Shown: positions 1 through 11,248 of the stretch, piece after piece
Numbering within the stretch: the stretch's first letter is position 1
Layout of the letters: each line of letters opens with the position of its first letter
Origin: Scyliorhinus canicula
Taxonomy: Eukaryota
Direction of reading: 5' to 3'
Assembly (NCBI RefSeq): GCF_902713615.1
Contig: NC_052161.1
Location: 69,027,424 to 69,091,423, forward strand
Length of the DNA: 64,000 bases
Position numbers and translations under genes: made by a program
The notes under the pieces: generated by a model
What the model saw: only the letters and a program-made list of their open reading frames with translations
Database searches by the model: none
Told to the model about the DNA's origin: nothing

Positions 1-1150
1 TTCAAACTTTTGTCTCTGGACTCACTTTTGCCAACCGCCAGTCAGACGTTGGCTGATCGTCGCGTCCCACACCAGCCGGCCTTCATGGCACACACCACGT
101 TCGCTTACCTTTAATGGAAAAGGGGAGCCTGCTTGGTCCTCATGATCTCACTCCAATCAGGTTCACAAGAGGAAAGGGAAATGTGCATACCAGGTACAGA
201 GTTAGGCCAGTGCCTTTGTGTCATCTTCATCATTGTGAGAATGGAAAATCCAACCTCACACATGTAGGTCACTGTGAAGGGCAATAGTAACAAAATGTTT
301 AATTAACTCAGTACTGGATTATTCTAGGAGATGCTACTCCAGAATGCTAATAGTCTCATGGGCTTTTGGTGTGTTTTTAATTTGGTAACACAGGTCAGGT
401 ATAGCAGCAGTCTTTTAATTTGAGGTCAGCTGTAATTTAATAACTGACTCTGGTAACAAGCTCACAAGGAATTCTTCACCCACTCCTTCTCTTTCAAAAT
501 CTGAAACTTCTCTCATTCACCAGTCCTTCACTGCAGAGAACACATATCGGCTTCACATTCTTATTTGCATTGGCACAATTGATGAAACTATACCTCAAAA
601 AATCAGCTTAATATGCCCTGTTCCTGAGTTACGGTTCTTCTTTGTCGGCAGTTCACCAGAGGCCCTAGAACTCTGTACAGAGCTAACACTAACACTGCTC
701 TTTCTTGCTGTGGACTTTCCTATGCAGCTCTCTACAATAGATTCAGATGTGACGTACTGCCCATTTGTGCCTCTGGCCATGTCTTCCTTGGAAGAGAACC
801 ATCCATCTTTACAGTCCTCTTGTCTTGCTTGCCATCAGCTTGAAAATGGAAGAAGCTCTCCTCTGTGATTTTTGGCGACAAGCATGTACATACAGCGCAC
901 CTGACATCGTGTGTACGTGCAGGGTACACTGATCTGCTCACTGCTGTCGCTTATCGCTGGAAGACTACACACAGCTTTGTTTTGTTGTAGTTTTGAAACC
1001 AGGAGCAGCCACAATTCTCAATTTAAATGCCGGTCGTAGCCGTTAGGCCACCAGGACCACCACAGAAATGCCACAACCGATCGTTCCTCAACCCTCCCGA
1101 CACATGTCCGCGATCCATCCACCGGTGGTGTCCCACACTTTGACCCCTGG
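1..1150 (-). mobile_element. Degraded hAT (Charlie/Buster-like) DNA transposon, other end outside the window
   Basis: ORF 111-293(-) LLPFTVTYMCEVGFS...SLSSCEP...KQAPLFH resembles the hAT C-terminal dimerisation domain. The minus-strand terminus CAGGGGTCAAAGTGTGG near 1149 is flanked by GTCTAAAA. The terminal region resembles 11249-11400. Confidence 0.7.
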
Positions 1151-4100
1151 TCTAAAACAAAGGAAGGGCATCAATACATTCTTACGATCATGGATATGAC
1201 CACCTGTTTTCTGGAAGCTATACATTTCAAAACAATTACAACTAAGGTAGTAGTGAAAAAGTTGATGCAGTTCTTCACACGCTATGGTCTACCCTTAGAA
1301 GTACAATCTAACCAGGGTTCTAACATGAGTCTAAAGTTTTCCAGGACATCATTTATAGTTTAGGTATCAAGCAACTAAAGTTGACCGCCTATCATCCACA
1401 AACTCAGGGAGCTTTGGAAAGATATCATCAGACTCCCAAGACCATGATTAGGGCCTATCGTCGTGAATATCCAAGAGATTGGGACAAGGGTTTGTATCTA
1501 TTTTTACTATTTCCACCAGGGATTCTCTGACTGAATGTACTGGATTTAGCCTATTTGAATTGGCTTATGGCCATGAAGACCGGGTCCATTAAAATTAATG
1601 AAAGAGACGTTTCGAAAACAAAAAGACAAATCCTCAATGTTGGATTATGTGTCCATGTTTCTGGAAAGACTCACAAGAGGTTGTCAGGTAGCCCAGGAGC
1701 ATCTGAAGGTTTTGGGAGAAAGAATGAAAATTTCTTTGAAAGACAAACATGCCCGGTCCAGAATATTCCAAGTTGGGGATGAGGTGCTTGTTGCCTTTGC
1801 AGGGCGAACCTCTAAGTGAAACTCAGCCACTCCTTCAAGGTAGTTAGGAGGGTGAGTAAGGTGACTTACCTAATAGATACTCCAGACTGTAGGAAAAAGG
1901 ATCGATTGTACCACATAAATATGTTGAAGAAATATCATCGTAGGGAAGAACATAGAATGGAACCAGTGTGTCAGGTGGCAGAAGTAGTGGAAGAGGACAG
2001 AAATAGTAAGAGCGAGGTTGGCGAAGAGGTCAGCAGTTCACAGACTGACTTTCCTGTGTTATGACTAGCAAATACAGTAATACGAGAACAGTTAGATATT
2101 AAGTTTGCATACTTGGAAGAAGAGCAATGAAAATATGTCCCTTCAATAAAGATAAAGGCAAGATGTGCCGGAGGGCCGGCTAACCATGTACACATGTTCT
2201 GGTCGTGCCCTAAACTCAGGGGGTATTGGCAGGGATTCGCAGATGTCATGTCCCGGGTATTGAAAACTGGGATGGTAATGAGCCCTGAGGTGGCAATCTT
2301 TGGGGTTTCGGAGGATCCGGGAGTCCAGGAAGAGAGAGAGGCCGACGTTCTGGCCTTTGCTTCCCTGGTAGCCCGGCGACGAATACTGTTAGCATGGAGG
2401 AACTCAAAGCCCCCAAGGGCTGAGGTATGGCTATCGGACATGGCGACCTTTCTTGGCCGAGAGAAAGTCAAGTTCGCCTCGAGAGGTTCGCTACTCGGGT
2501 TCGCCCGAAGGTGGCAGCCATTTATTGACTTCTTTGCAGAGGAGTAAGCAGGGAGGAGGGGGGGGGGCGGGGGGAGGGGGGCTAGGGTAGAGTAGAGTAG
2601 AGTAGGGGGATATTGAGGCAGGCCCGTGCATGAATAGAGCTGTGGTTTACACTATGTTTAATTTGTGTCTTGACTTTTTTTTTGTACTGTACAATGTCAC
2701 TTTTTCGATATGCATAAAATACCTCAATAAAATTGTTTGTTTAAAAAAAAAATGAAGATAAAGGCAATAAAGATATTGCCAAAGCAGAAGAAAATTTGTA
2801 GGGACACACTGGGGCACACTACATTAACTGAACATAATGTAGACAGAGGTGACCCAAACCCAATAAAACAGCATCCATATTGACTGAACCTGCAGAAACT
2901 AGCTCAGAAGCAGAAATCCAGTATATGTTGGAGAATCATTTAATTGAGCTGAGTAAAAGTAGCTGGAGTATACCAGTTGTGTAAGTACCTAAGCCAGATG
3001 AGACAACTCGGTGTGCTGGAAGGTCTGTGCCATCACCAAAACGGATTCATATCCGATTCCCAGGTTGGAGGACTGTATCAATATGATGGGCAGTGTCTCA
3101 TGCCGTTCAAAAATCATTTTGTGAAAGAATATTGGTTCCTTTAATGCCCAGGGGTAAAGAAATATCTGTCTTTACGACTCCAACGGGATTGTATCAGTGT
3201 GAAGTGATGCTATTTGGATTTAAGATTGTACCAGCTACGTTTCAATGACTCGCATATCAAGTAATGGCTAGGGTGCTTAACTGTGTGGGCTATTTGGACG
3301 ATGTGGTAGTTTACAGTGACACAAAAGGGGTATATTGGACAATTGGAGTAGTTATTTAAACAAATGTAGTTGGTCGATATAGTCATCAATTCGGCCAAAA
3401 GATAGTTTGCCAAAGCAAAGGTCACCTACCTAGTGCATGTTGTGGGTCAGGGACGAGTGGTCCCCAGAACAGCCAACATAAGGGCATTACTAGATGTCCC
3501 CATTCTCAAAATAAAATGGGAGATTGAGTTTCCGAGCCATGTGCAGGCTCTCCACGCAATGTGTACGTAACGTCAGTATCATAGTGTTATGTTTGACTAT
3601 TGTATTGAAGAAACAAACAAAAATGGTGTGGTCCACAGAATGCCAAAAGGCTTCTGAGAAATTGAGGGCCTTTTTGGTTCATGAACCAATGTTGGCCGCC
3701 TCTGATTTTCCTAAACCCTTTAAAATGGCCGTGGATGCCAGTGACCTTGGGGTGGAGACAATGCTACGACAGGATGACAAGTCAGGAATAGAGAAGCCGG
3801 TGGGATACTTTTCAAAGAAAGTCTATGCCAAAGAAAGTTTTCCAGCGTTGAGAAGGAAGCCTTAAAATTGCTACTAGCCATTCAGCATTTTGAAGTTTAC
3901 ATGCGGCATGATAACAAGCAAAGACTGGCCGATACTGACCATAATCTGCTTGCATCTGTGGAAAGATTTACAACTCTAAATGCAAGATTGTTCTGTTAGA
4001 GGTTATTGTTGCAACCTTTCAACTTAAAATTGTGACTGTTCTTGGAAAGGACAATATTTTTGCGGACGCTTTGTCTTGAGTTTAAGTGCTGATAAGTGGC

Positions 4101-4223
4101 CAAAATAAAAATTGGGGGAACTTGTGTAGTGGGAAAGGAAGAATGAATGGATTTGTTTTGTGTCACATATCGTGTGATGAAATGTTTCATCCCTCTAAGT
4201 GCTTTAAAGCCAATTAAATAAAC
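1151..4223 (+). mobile_element. Degraded Gypsy LTR retrotransposon internal region, Gmr1-type order (integrase - RT - RNase H)
   Basis: Integrase remnants at ~1153-1800 (KTKEGHQYILTIMD, YGLPLEVQSNQGSN, TAYHPQTQGALERYHQT). C-terminal YLIDTPD..LYHINMLKKY at 1816-1950. RT remnants at ~2860-3520 (QHPY, DSYPIPRLEDCI, FTTPTGLYQ, YLDD at 3291-3302). RNase H at 3524-4085 (FKMAVDASDLGV, PVGYFSKK, TDHNLL). Many stops and frameshifts. Confidence 0.85.
2162..2752 (+). mobile_element. 5'-truncated L1-clade LINE inserted in the Gypsy element
   Basis: ORF 2194-2547 is the L1 ORF2 C-terminus (HMFWSCP...), homologous to 42700-43070. It has a poly-G 3'UTR, AATAAA and an A-tail. TSD AAGATAAAGGCAA at 2149-2161 and 2755-2767. 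Confidence 0.9.
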
Positions 4224-4545
4224 TGGGGCAGCATGGTAGCACAGTTGCTTCACAGCTCCAGGGTCCCAGGTTCAATTCCCGCTTGGGTCACTGTCTGTGC
4301 GGAGTCTGCACGTTCTCCCCGTGTCTGAATGGGTTTCCTCCGGGTGTTCCGGTTTCCTCCCACAGTCCAAAGATGTGCAGTTTAGGTGGATTGGCCATGG
4401 TGAATTGCCCTTAGTGACCAAAAGGTTTAGGTGGAATTGCTGGGTTACGGGGATCGGGATGCGTGAACTTAAGTGGGGTGATCTTTCCAAGGGCCGGTGC
4501 AGACTTGATGGGCCAGATGGCCTCCTTCTGCACTGTAAATCATAT
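4224..4545 (+). mobile_element. HE1-like V-SINE (tRNA-derived, CR1-type tail)
   Basis: tRNA-like head with B box GGTTCAATTCC, V-domain core (GGGTTTCCTCCGGGTG...CCCACAGTCCAAAGA) and tail GGCCTCCTTCTGCACTGTA. Confidence 0.85.
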
Positions 4546-5178
4546 ATATATATGGGGGGTATTTAGAGCTCTTCCTGTTTATTTGCTTTGTTCCCATTTC
4601 TTTTATGTTATTTTGTTATTTTAGTCTGTGGATCCATAATCAAAATGTGCCTGTAAGCAGAAGGCTCAAAATTTCAGCAGCCTGCTTGTCAGGACACTGT
4701 GTTCCCAGGTTTTGTTGTTAGCCAGACTCCTCGGCACTGAGTGGATCTTAGGAACCAGGTTCGGAGAGAGTCGGATTGATGGGTTGGCCAGGGACAGTCT
4801 TCTGCCTCACAATGATCAGTGAATAGTTTCTGCGTGATGCTCTCTCTCTCTCTCGCTCTTTCTGTCTTTTTTCGCTTTTTCCTCTTTCTCTCTCTCTCTC
4901 TCTCTTCCCCTTTCTCTCTCTTTCTCTTTTATTTTATTTCTGTCTCTCTTTCTCTATTTCTCTCTCTCCCTTTTTCTCTCTCTCTCCTTGTTGAAGTGAA
5001 AGAACTGCTCTAGTTCTGAAAGCAGATGAGTGCCTGGCACATCCTTTGCCGTGAACCTGGCATGATTTTGAGTCTGCAGAGAAGAGACAACATAGAACAT
5101 AGAACGATACAGCGCAGTACAGGCCCTTCGGCCCTCAATGTTGCACCGACATGGAAAAAAAACTAAAGGCCATCTAAC

Positions 5179-8082
5179 CTACACTATGCCCTTATCATCC
5201 ATATGCTTATCCAATAAACTTTTAAATGCCCTCAATGTTGGCGAGTTCACTACTGTTGCAGGTAGGGCATTCCACGGCCTCACCACTCTTTGCGTAAAAA
5301 ACCCACCTCTGACCTCTGTCCTATATCTATTACCCTTCAATTTAAGGCTATGTCCCCTCGTGATAGCCACCTCCATCCGCGGGAGAAGGCTCTCGCTGTC
5401 CACCCTATCTAACCCTCTGATCATTTTGTATGCCTCTATTAGGTCACCTCTTAACCTTCTTCTCTCTAACGAAAACAACCTCAAGTCCATCAGCCTTTCC
5501 TCATAAGATTTTCCCTCCATACCAGGCAACATCCTGGTAAATCTCCTCTGCACCCGTTCCAAAGCTTCTACGTCCTTCCTATAATGGGGCGACCAGAACT
5601 GTACGCAATACTCCAAATGCGGCCGTACTAGAGTTTTGTACAACTGCAACATGACCTCATGGCTCCGGAACTCAATCCCTCTACCAATAAAGGCCATCAC
5701 ACCATAGGCCTTCTTCACAACCCTATCAACCTGGGTGGCAACTTTCAGGGATCTATGTACATGGACTCCGAGATCCCTCTGCTCATCCACACTACCAAGA
5801 ATTTTACCATTAGCCAAATATTCCGCATTCCTGTTATTCTTTCCAAAGTGAATCACCTCACACTTCTCCACATTAAACTCCATTTGCCACCTCTCAGCCC
5901 AGCTCTGCAGCTTATCTATGTCCCTCTGTAACCTGCAACATCCTTCCGCACTGTCTACAACTCCACCGACTTTAGTGTCGTCTGCAAATTTACTTACCCA
6001 TCCTTCTGCTCCCTCCTCTAGGTCATTTATAAAAATGACAAACAGCAACGGCCCCAGAACAGATCCTTGTGGTACGCCACTCGTAACTGAACTCCATTCT
6101 GAACATTTCCCATCAACCACCACTCTCTGTCTTCTTTCAACTAGCCAATTTCTGATCCACATCTCTAAATCACCCTCAATCCCCAGCCTCCGTATTTTCT
6201 GCAATAGCCGACCGTGAGGAACCTTATCAAACGCTTTACTGAAATCCATATACACCACATCAACTGCTTTACCCTCGTCCACCTGTTCAGTCACCTTCTC
6301 AAAGAACTCGATAAGGTTTGTGAGGCATGACCTACCCTTCACAAAACCATGCTGACTATCCCTAATCATATTATTCCTATCTAGATGATTATAAATCGTA
6401 TCTTTTATAATCCTCTCCAAGACTTTACCCACCACAGATGTTAGGCTCACCGGCCTATAGTTACCGGGGTTATCTCTACTCCCCTTCTTGAACAAAGGGA
6501 CCACATTTGCTATCCTCCAGTCCTCTGGCACTATTCCTGTAGCCAATGATGACCTAAAAATCAAAGCCAAAGGCTCAGCAATCTCTTCCCTGGCTTCCCA
6601 GAGAATCCTAGGATAAATCCCATCAGGCCCCGGGGACTTATCTATTTTCACCTTGTCCAGAATTGCCAACACTTCCTCCCTACTCACCTCAATGCCATCT
6701 ATTCTAATAGCCTGGGTCTCAGCATTCTCCTCCACAATATTATCTTTTTCCTGAGTGAATACTGACAAAAAGTATTCATTTAGTATCTCGCTTATCTCCT
6801 CAGCCTCCACACACAACTTCCCAAAACTGTCCTTGACTGGCCCTACTCTTACCCTAGTCATTCTTTTATTCCTGACATACCTATAGAAAGCTTTTGGGTT
6901 TTCCTTGATCCTACCTGCCAAAGACTTCTCATGTCCCTTCCTTGCTCGTCTTAGCTCTCTCTTTAGATCCTTCCTCGCTTCCCTGTAACTATCAAGCGCC
7001 CCAACTGAAACTTCACGCCTCATCTTCACATAGGCCTCCTTTTTCCTCTTAACAAGAGATTCCACTTCTTTGGTAAACCACGGTTCCCTCGCTCTACCCT
7101 TTCCTCCCTGTCTGACTGGTACGTACTGATCAAGAACACGCAATAGCTGTCCCTTGAACAAGCTCCACATATCCAGTGTGCCCAACCCTTGCAGCCTACT
7201 TCTCCAACCTACACATCCTAAGTCATGTCTAATGGCATCATAATTGCCCTTCCCCCAGCTATAACTCTTGCCCTGCGGGGTATACTTATCCCTTTCCATC
7301 ACTAATGTAAAGGTCACCGAATTGTGGTCACTGTCTCCAAAGTGTTCACTTACCTCCAGATCTAACACCTGGCCTGGTTCATTACCCAAAACCAAATCCA
7401 AAGTGGCCTCACCTCTTGTTGGCCTGTCAACATATTGTGTCAGAAAACCCTCCTGCACACATTGTACAAAGAACGACCCATCCAATGTACTCGAACTATA
7501 TCTTTTCCAGTCAATATTAGGAAAGTTAAAGTCTCCCATAACAACTACCCTGTTACTTTCGCTCTTTTCCAGAATCATCTTCGCCATCCTTTCCTCTACA
7601 TCTCTAGAACTATTAGGTGGCCTATAGAAAACTCCCAGCAGGGTGACCTCTCCTTTCCTGTTTCTAACCTCAGCCCATACTACCTCGGAAGAAGAGTCCC
7701 CATCTTGCACCCTTTCTGCCACCGTAATACTGTCCTTGACTAGCAGCGCCACACCTCCCCCTCTTTTGCCCCCTTCTCTGACTTTACTAAAGCACCTAAA
7801 CCCCGGAACCTGCAACAACCATTCCTGTCCCTGCTCTATCCATGTCTCTGAAATGGCCACAACATCGAAGTCCCAGGTACCAACCCATGCTGCCAGTTCC
7901 CCTACCTTATTTCGTATACTCCTGGCATTGAAATAGACACACTTCAAACCACCTACCTGAACACTGCCGCTTTCCTGCGAAGTCAAATCTGTGCTCCTGA
8001 CCTCTCTACTCTCAATCTCTCGCACCCCAAAACTACAATCCAGGTTCCCATGCCCCTGCTGAATTAGTTTAAACCCCCCCAA
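5179..8082 (-). CDS. CR1 ORF2: APE endonuclease plus reverse transcriptase
   Basis: 967 open codons. EN motifs YFNARS, ISETW, FYRPP, MGDFN and SDHN. RT motifs NYRPVSLTS, DFSKAFD, GVPQGSVLGP and FADD. The frame has no AUG until codon 166. Confidence 0.95.
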   Translation of the reverse strand: MGGFKLIQQGHGNLDCSFGVREIESREVRSTDLTSQESGSVQVGGLKCVYFNARSIRNKVGELAAWVGTWDFDVVAISETWIEQGQEWLLQVPGFRCFSKVREGGKRGGGVALLVKDSITVAERVQDGDSSSEVVWAEVRNRKGEVTLLGVFYRPPNSSRDVEERMAKMILEKSESNRVVVMGDFNFPNIDWKRYSSSTLDGSFFVQCVQEGFLTQYVDRPTRGEATLDLVLGNEPGQVLDLEVSEHFGDSDHNSVTFTLVMERDKYTPQGKSYSWGKGNYDAIRHDLGCVGWRSRLQGLGTLDMWSLFKGQLLRVLDQYVPVRQGGKGRAREPWFTKEVESLVKRKKEAYVKMRREVSVGALDSYREARKDLKRELRRARKGHEKSLAGRIKENPKAFYRYVRNKRMTRVRVGPVKDSFGKLCVEAEEISEILNEYFLSVFTQEKDNIVEENAETQAIRIDGIEVSREEVLAILDKVKIDKSPGPDGIYPRILWEAREEIAEPLALIFRSSLATGIVPEDWRIANVVPLFKKGSRDNPGNYRPVSLTSVVGKVLERIIKDTIYNHLDRNNMIRDSQHGFVKGRSCLTNLIEFFEKVTEQVDEGKAVDVVYMDFSKAFDKVPHGRLLQKIRRLGIEGDLEMWIRNWLVERRQRVVVDGKCSEWSSVTSGVPQGSVLGPLLFVIFINDLEEGAEGWVSKFADDTKVGGVVDSAEGCCRLQRDIDKLQSWAERWQMEFNVEKCEVIHFGKNNRNAEYLANGKILGSVDEQRDLGVHVHRSLKVATQVDRVVKKAYGVMAFIGRGIEFRSHEVMLQLYKTLVRPHLEYCVQFWSPHYRKDVEALERVQRRFTRMLPGMEGKSYEERLMDLRLFSLERRRLRGDLIEAYKMIRGLDRVDSESLLPRMEVAITRGHSLKLKGNRYRTEVRGGFFTQRVVRPWNALPATVVNSPTLRAFKSLLDKHMDDKGIV

Positions 8083-8990
8083 AGAGTACTAACAAATCTC
8101 CCCCCCAGGATATTGGTGCCCCTTAGGTTCAGATGTAGACCATCCTGTCTATAGAGGTCCCACCTTCCCCAGAAAGAGCCCCAGTTATCCAGAAATCTGA
8201 ATCCCTCCCGCCTGCACCATCCCTGTAGCCACGTGTTTAATTGCTCTCTCTCCCTATTCCTCGTCTCACTATCACGTGGCACGGGCAACAACCCAGAGAT
8301 AACAACTCTGTTTGTTCTCGCTCTGAGCTTCCATCCTAGCTCCCTAAAGGCCTGCCTGACATCCTTGTCCCCTTTCCTACCTATGTCGTTAGTGCCAATG
8401 TGGACTACGACTTGGGGCTGCTCCCCCTCCCCCTTAAGGACCCGAAAAACACGATCCGAGACATCACTTACCCTTGCACCTGGGAGGCAACATACCAAAC
8501 GTGAGTCTCTCTCGCTCCCACAAAATCTCCTATCTGTGCCCCTGACTATTGAGTCCCCAATTACTAATGCTCTGCTCCTCTCCCCCCTTCCCTTCTGAGC
8601 AACAGGGACAGACTCCGTGCTAGAGTTCCGCACCCCATGGCTTACCCCTGGTAAGTCGTCCCCCCCACAAGTATCCAAAACGGTATACTTGTTACTCAGG
8701 GGAACGACCGCAGGGGGTCCCTGCACTGTCTGCTTCTTCCCAGTCCCTCTTACAGTTACCCATCTATCTCCAGTCTTTGGTGTAACTACTTCCCTGAAGC
8801 TCCTATCTATGACCACCTCTGCCTCCCGAATGATCCGAAGTTCATCCAACTCCAGCTCCAGTACCATAACTCGGTCTTGTAGGAGCTGGAGCTGGCTGCA
8901 CTTCCTGCAGGTAAAATCAGCAGGGACACTAACAGCATCCCTCACCTCAAACATCCTGCAGGAGGAACATTGCACTACCTTCCCTGCCAT
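8064..8990 (-). CDS. CR1 ORF1: zinc-finger/leucine-zipper plus SGNH (GDSL) esterase domain
   Basis: First AUG at 8990 (MAGKVVQC). CxxC...CxxC followed by a heptad-Leu coiled coil. Esterase blocks VIGDSIVRG, CLPGA, HIGTND and DGLHLN. Confidence 0.9.
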   Translation of the reverse strand: MAGKVVQCSSCRMFEVRDAVSVPADFTCRKCSQLQLLQDRVMVLELELDELRIIREAEVVIDRSFREVVTPKTGDRWVTVRGTGKKQTVQGPPAVVPLSNKYTVLDTCGGDDLPGVSHGVRNSSTESVPVAQKGRGERSRALVIGDSIVRGTDRRFCGSERDSRLVCCLPGARVSDVSDRVFRVLKGEGEQPQVVVHIGTNDIGRKGDKDVRQAFRELGWKLRARTNRVVISGLLPVPRDSETRNREREQLNTWLQGWCRREGFRFLDNWGSFWGRWDLYRQDGLHLNLRGTNILGGRFVSTLWGGLN

Positions 8991-9804
8991 CCCACTTAAT
9001 TTCAACCAAGTTCTGGTAAACAAATATAAAACAAATAAAAAAATAATAATATAATATAGCACTTACCTGCTCACCCCAATGGGTCTTATTATTAGGTTAG
9101 AGGAGGAGGGCGGGTGGGAGACACTACACGTGTAGTGTCTCGGGTATCCTCTCCACCACAATTTATTGGCTAGGAGAAAATCCTTCCCAGAAGTCCGCGG
9201 GTCGTACTTCCGGTTCCCGCCTTATATTATCTTTGCTCCCACTGGCACCCCGCCGCTCTCAATGTGTCCCCTCCCGCTCTTTTCAATGTCCCGGCTGTCT
9301 TACCTCTCGCGCTCTTTTCAATGTCCTGGCTGTCTCTCCTCCCGCGCTGTTTTCAATGTGAAATGCCTTGCCAGAGAGAACCATCTCAAGCCTAGAAGGA
9401 AGAAGTATCAAAATGAAAGCTGAACTTCAGAAAGATACTAACTAGACGTTATCCCAGTGCATCAAAGTTCCTTATCCTTATATTTTTTTGATAAATATTT
9501 TACTTCTCTTTCCACCACACTTTCCCCTCTGTGAGGTTTGTGCGTTTTTAGAGAGAGCAAGGGTTGTTAAGAAACGGGGAGTCTGGAATGGTTACATTTT
9601 CTGTCCATTTAATTATAATACTGTAGATAATAAAAGGTTGCCTGTGTTAAAGTTACAAACTTGGCAACTGCAGTTTATTGGTGGGCTCAGGTGGCCAAGG
9701 ACCTTGAGTATTTTAAATAAAATCTTATTTCACCTGTGTTGTGACTCTGGGTCAAGTGGGGCTGGAATTGACCGCGCACTAACCCAGGGGATTGTGACAA
9801 CATT

Positions 9805-9935
9805 ATTATGTGCAAATTAACTGCTGCGTTCCCTTCATGACAACAGTGACTGTATTTCAAAAGTATTTAATTGGCTTTAAAGAACTTTGCAATGTTCTAT
9901 GGTCTCAAAGCACCATAAACTCAAAACATGTCTTT
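9805..9935 (+). mobile_element. DeuSINE (SacSINE1/AmnSINE1-like) 3' fragment
   Basis: TGTGCAAATTAACTGCTGCGTTCCC...ACAACAGTGACT...CAAAAGTA...ATTGGCT resembles the 3' part of the copies at 46450 and 60450-60670. Confidence 0.55.
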
Positions 9936-11248
9936 ATTTTTCCTTTTATTTTGTTGCCAAACTCTTGTAATGTGATGATGCGGGTCACAGTTCATGGAAA
10001 GATTATACAGTTAACTGTTACCTGTAAAGGGGTAAAGGCACGAGGAACTCAATAGACATTTCAGTTTAATAAGCTTCCGAAAAGCCAAAGTTATTGAAAT
10101 GGATTCCACAGTTGTGCCATGTCGCACTAAACCAATATTGCAACAAGCAATCTCATATTCCCAACTTTAAACACAACAGCACCAGTGGCTCAGTGAGCGA
10201 ATGAGCTCAATTGACTTGGACGGGTCCATGCTGGGTGGCAGTAAGTGGCATTGTAACTGACCAGGGCTTCACTGCTCATGGCTGTTGATCATTTTGTGCT
10301 GAGAGGTCGTGTTTACAGGTGTATGGTCGGCACAGGATTTGGTTAATTTCCTATGCCCCTCATGACCGAATGGACTGCCAGGAGTCATGTGTTAGTCAGA
10401 CGTCTGAGGTATTGACATAGAATATTGCAGAGAACATAACAGTCAATGGAACTGAGGTGCAGCAAACATCAGTGCCAAGGGGAAGAGGGAAAATTGTCTC
10501 AAAATGCTCCATTTGTTCTGACCAACACAAAAGAATTGAGCAGTTGACGTACTATGCAAATATGCTGAACCACACAAATAGCAAATACTTAAGTTTAATC
10601 ATCTAATGCATGACAGGTTAGAACTAATTAGATTGCTTAGTGTTATCTTCGACACCTGAGCCAAATACATATATTGTATTGTTGGTGTATTTTCTGTGAC
10701 ACCCAGATGCTCCTTTTCCCATAGTGCTGCCACTCAAATTGAGCCATGTGGCATTGATGGAATCAATTGGATTCACCAAGGGAATCGAGGGTTATGGGGA
10801 TGAGGCAGGAAAGTGGAGTTGAGGATTATCATGTCAGATCAGTCTTTGGATGGCGAAGCAGACTCGATGGGCTGAAAGGCCTACTTCTCCTCCTACACCT
10901 TTTCTGTGACACCCAATCTGACCAAGTGACCAAGTTTCTTCCCTCTCAGCTCAAACTCAATCACTTGGATCAACGACTTGCATTCTGTAGCATTACACAC
11001 TGATGGTTTGAGATGACGGTAGGTTTATGCTGAGGTGGTATTCACCCCAATAAGGCAGACCTAATGCATGTTATTGGGATAAGTGGATGATCTCTCTGAC
11101 GATGCAACAGGAACTGTTTTTGGGAGCACAAGCACTATTAAATGGTGTCTCATGCATAGAACTTAATTATTTTTATTAATTATTACCAACGAATCCCCGG
11201 TAGCCTCCTACCTTCACCTGTATCTCCCCCATCACCCAGTTCTCTAAC

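Larger units (their letters stand above)
5091..9360 (-). mobile_element. Apparently full-length, intact CR1-clade LINE (HER1-like)
   Basis: Two uninterrupted ORFs, a (TTCTATG)n 3' tail at 5091-5105, a 3' hairpin (AGGGCCGAAGGGCCT) and a 5'UTR with tandem ~30-bp repeats at 9250-9360. Confidence 0.93.
4560..9799 (+). mobile_element. Probable 3' LTR of the Gmr1-like element, split by the CR1 insertion (segments ~4560-5090 and ~9360-9799)
   Basis: Follows RNase H and a G-run. The second segment has AATAAA and ends ...GGGGATTGTGACA at 9799. A (CT)n tract lies at 4840-4990. The 5' boundary is uncertain. Confidence 0.55.

Noticed and set aside
5138-9054. Several + strand ORFs of 90-145 aa
   Set aside because: Antisense shadows of the intact CR1 ORFs, with no independent coding evidence.
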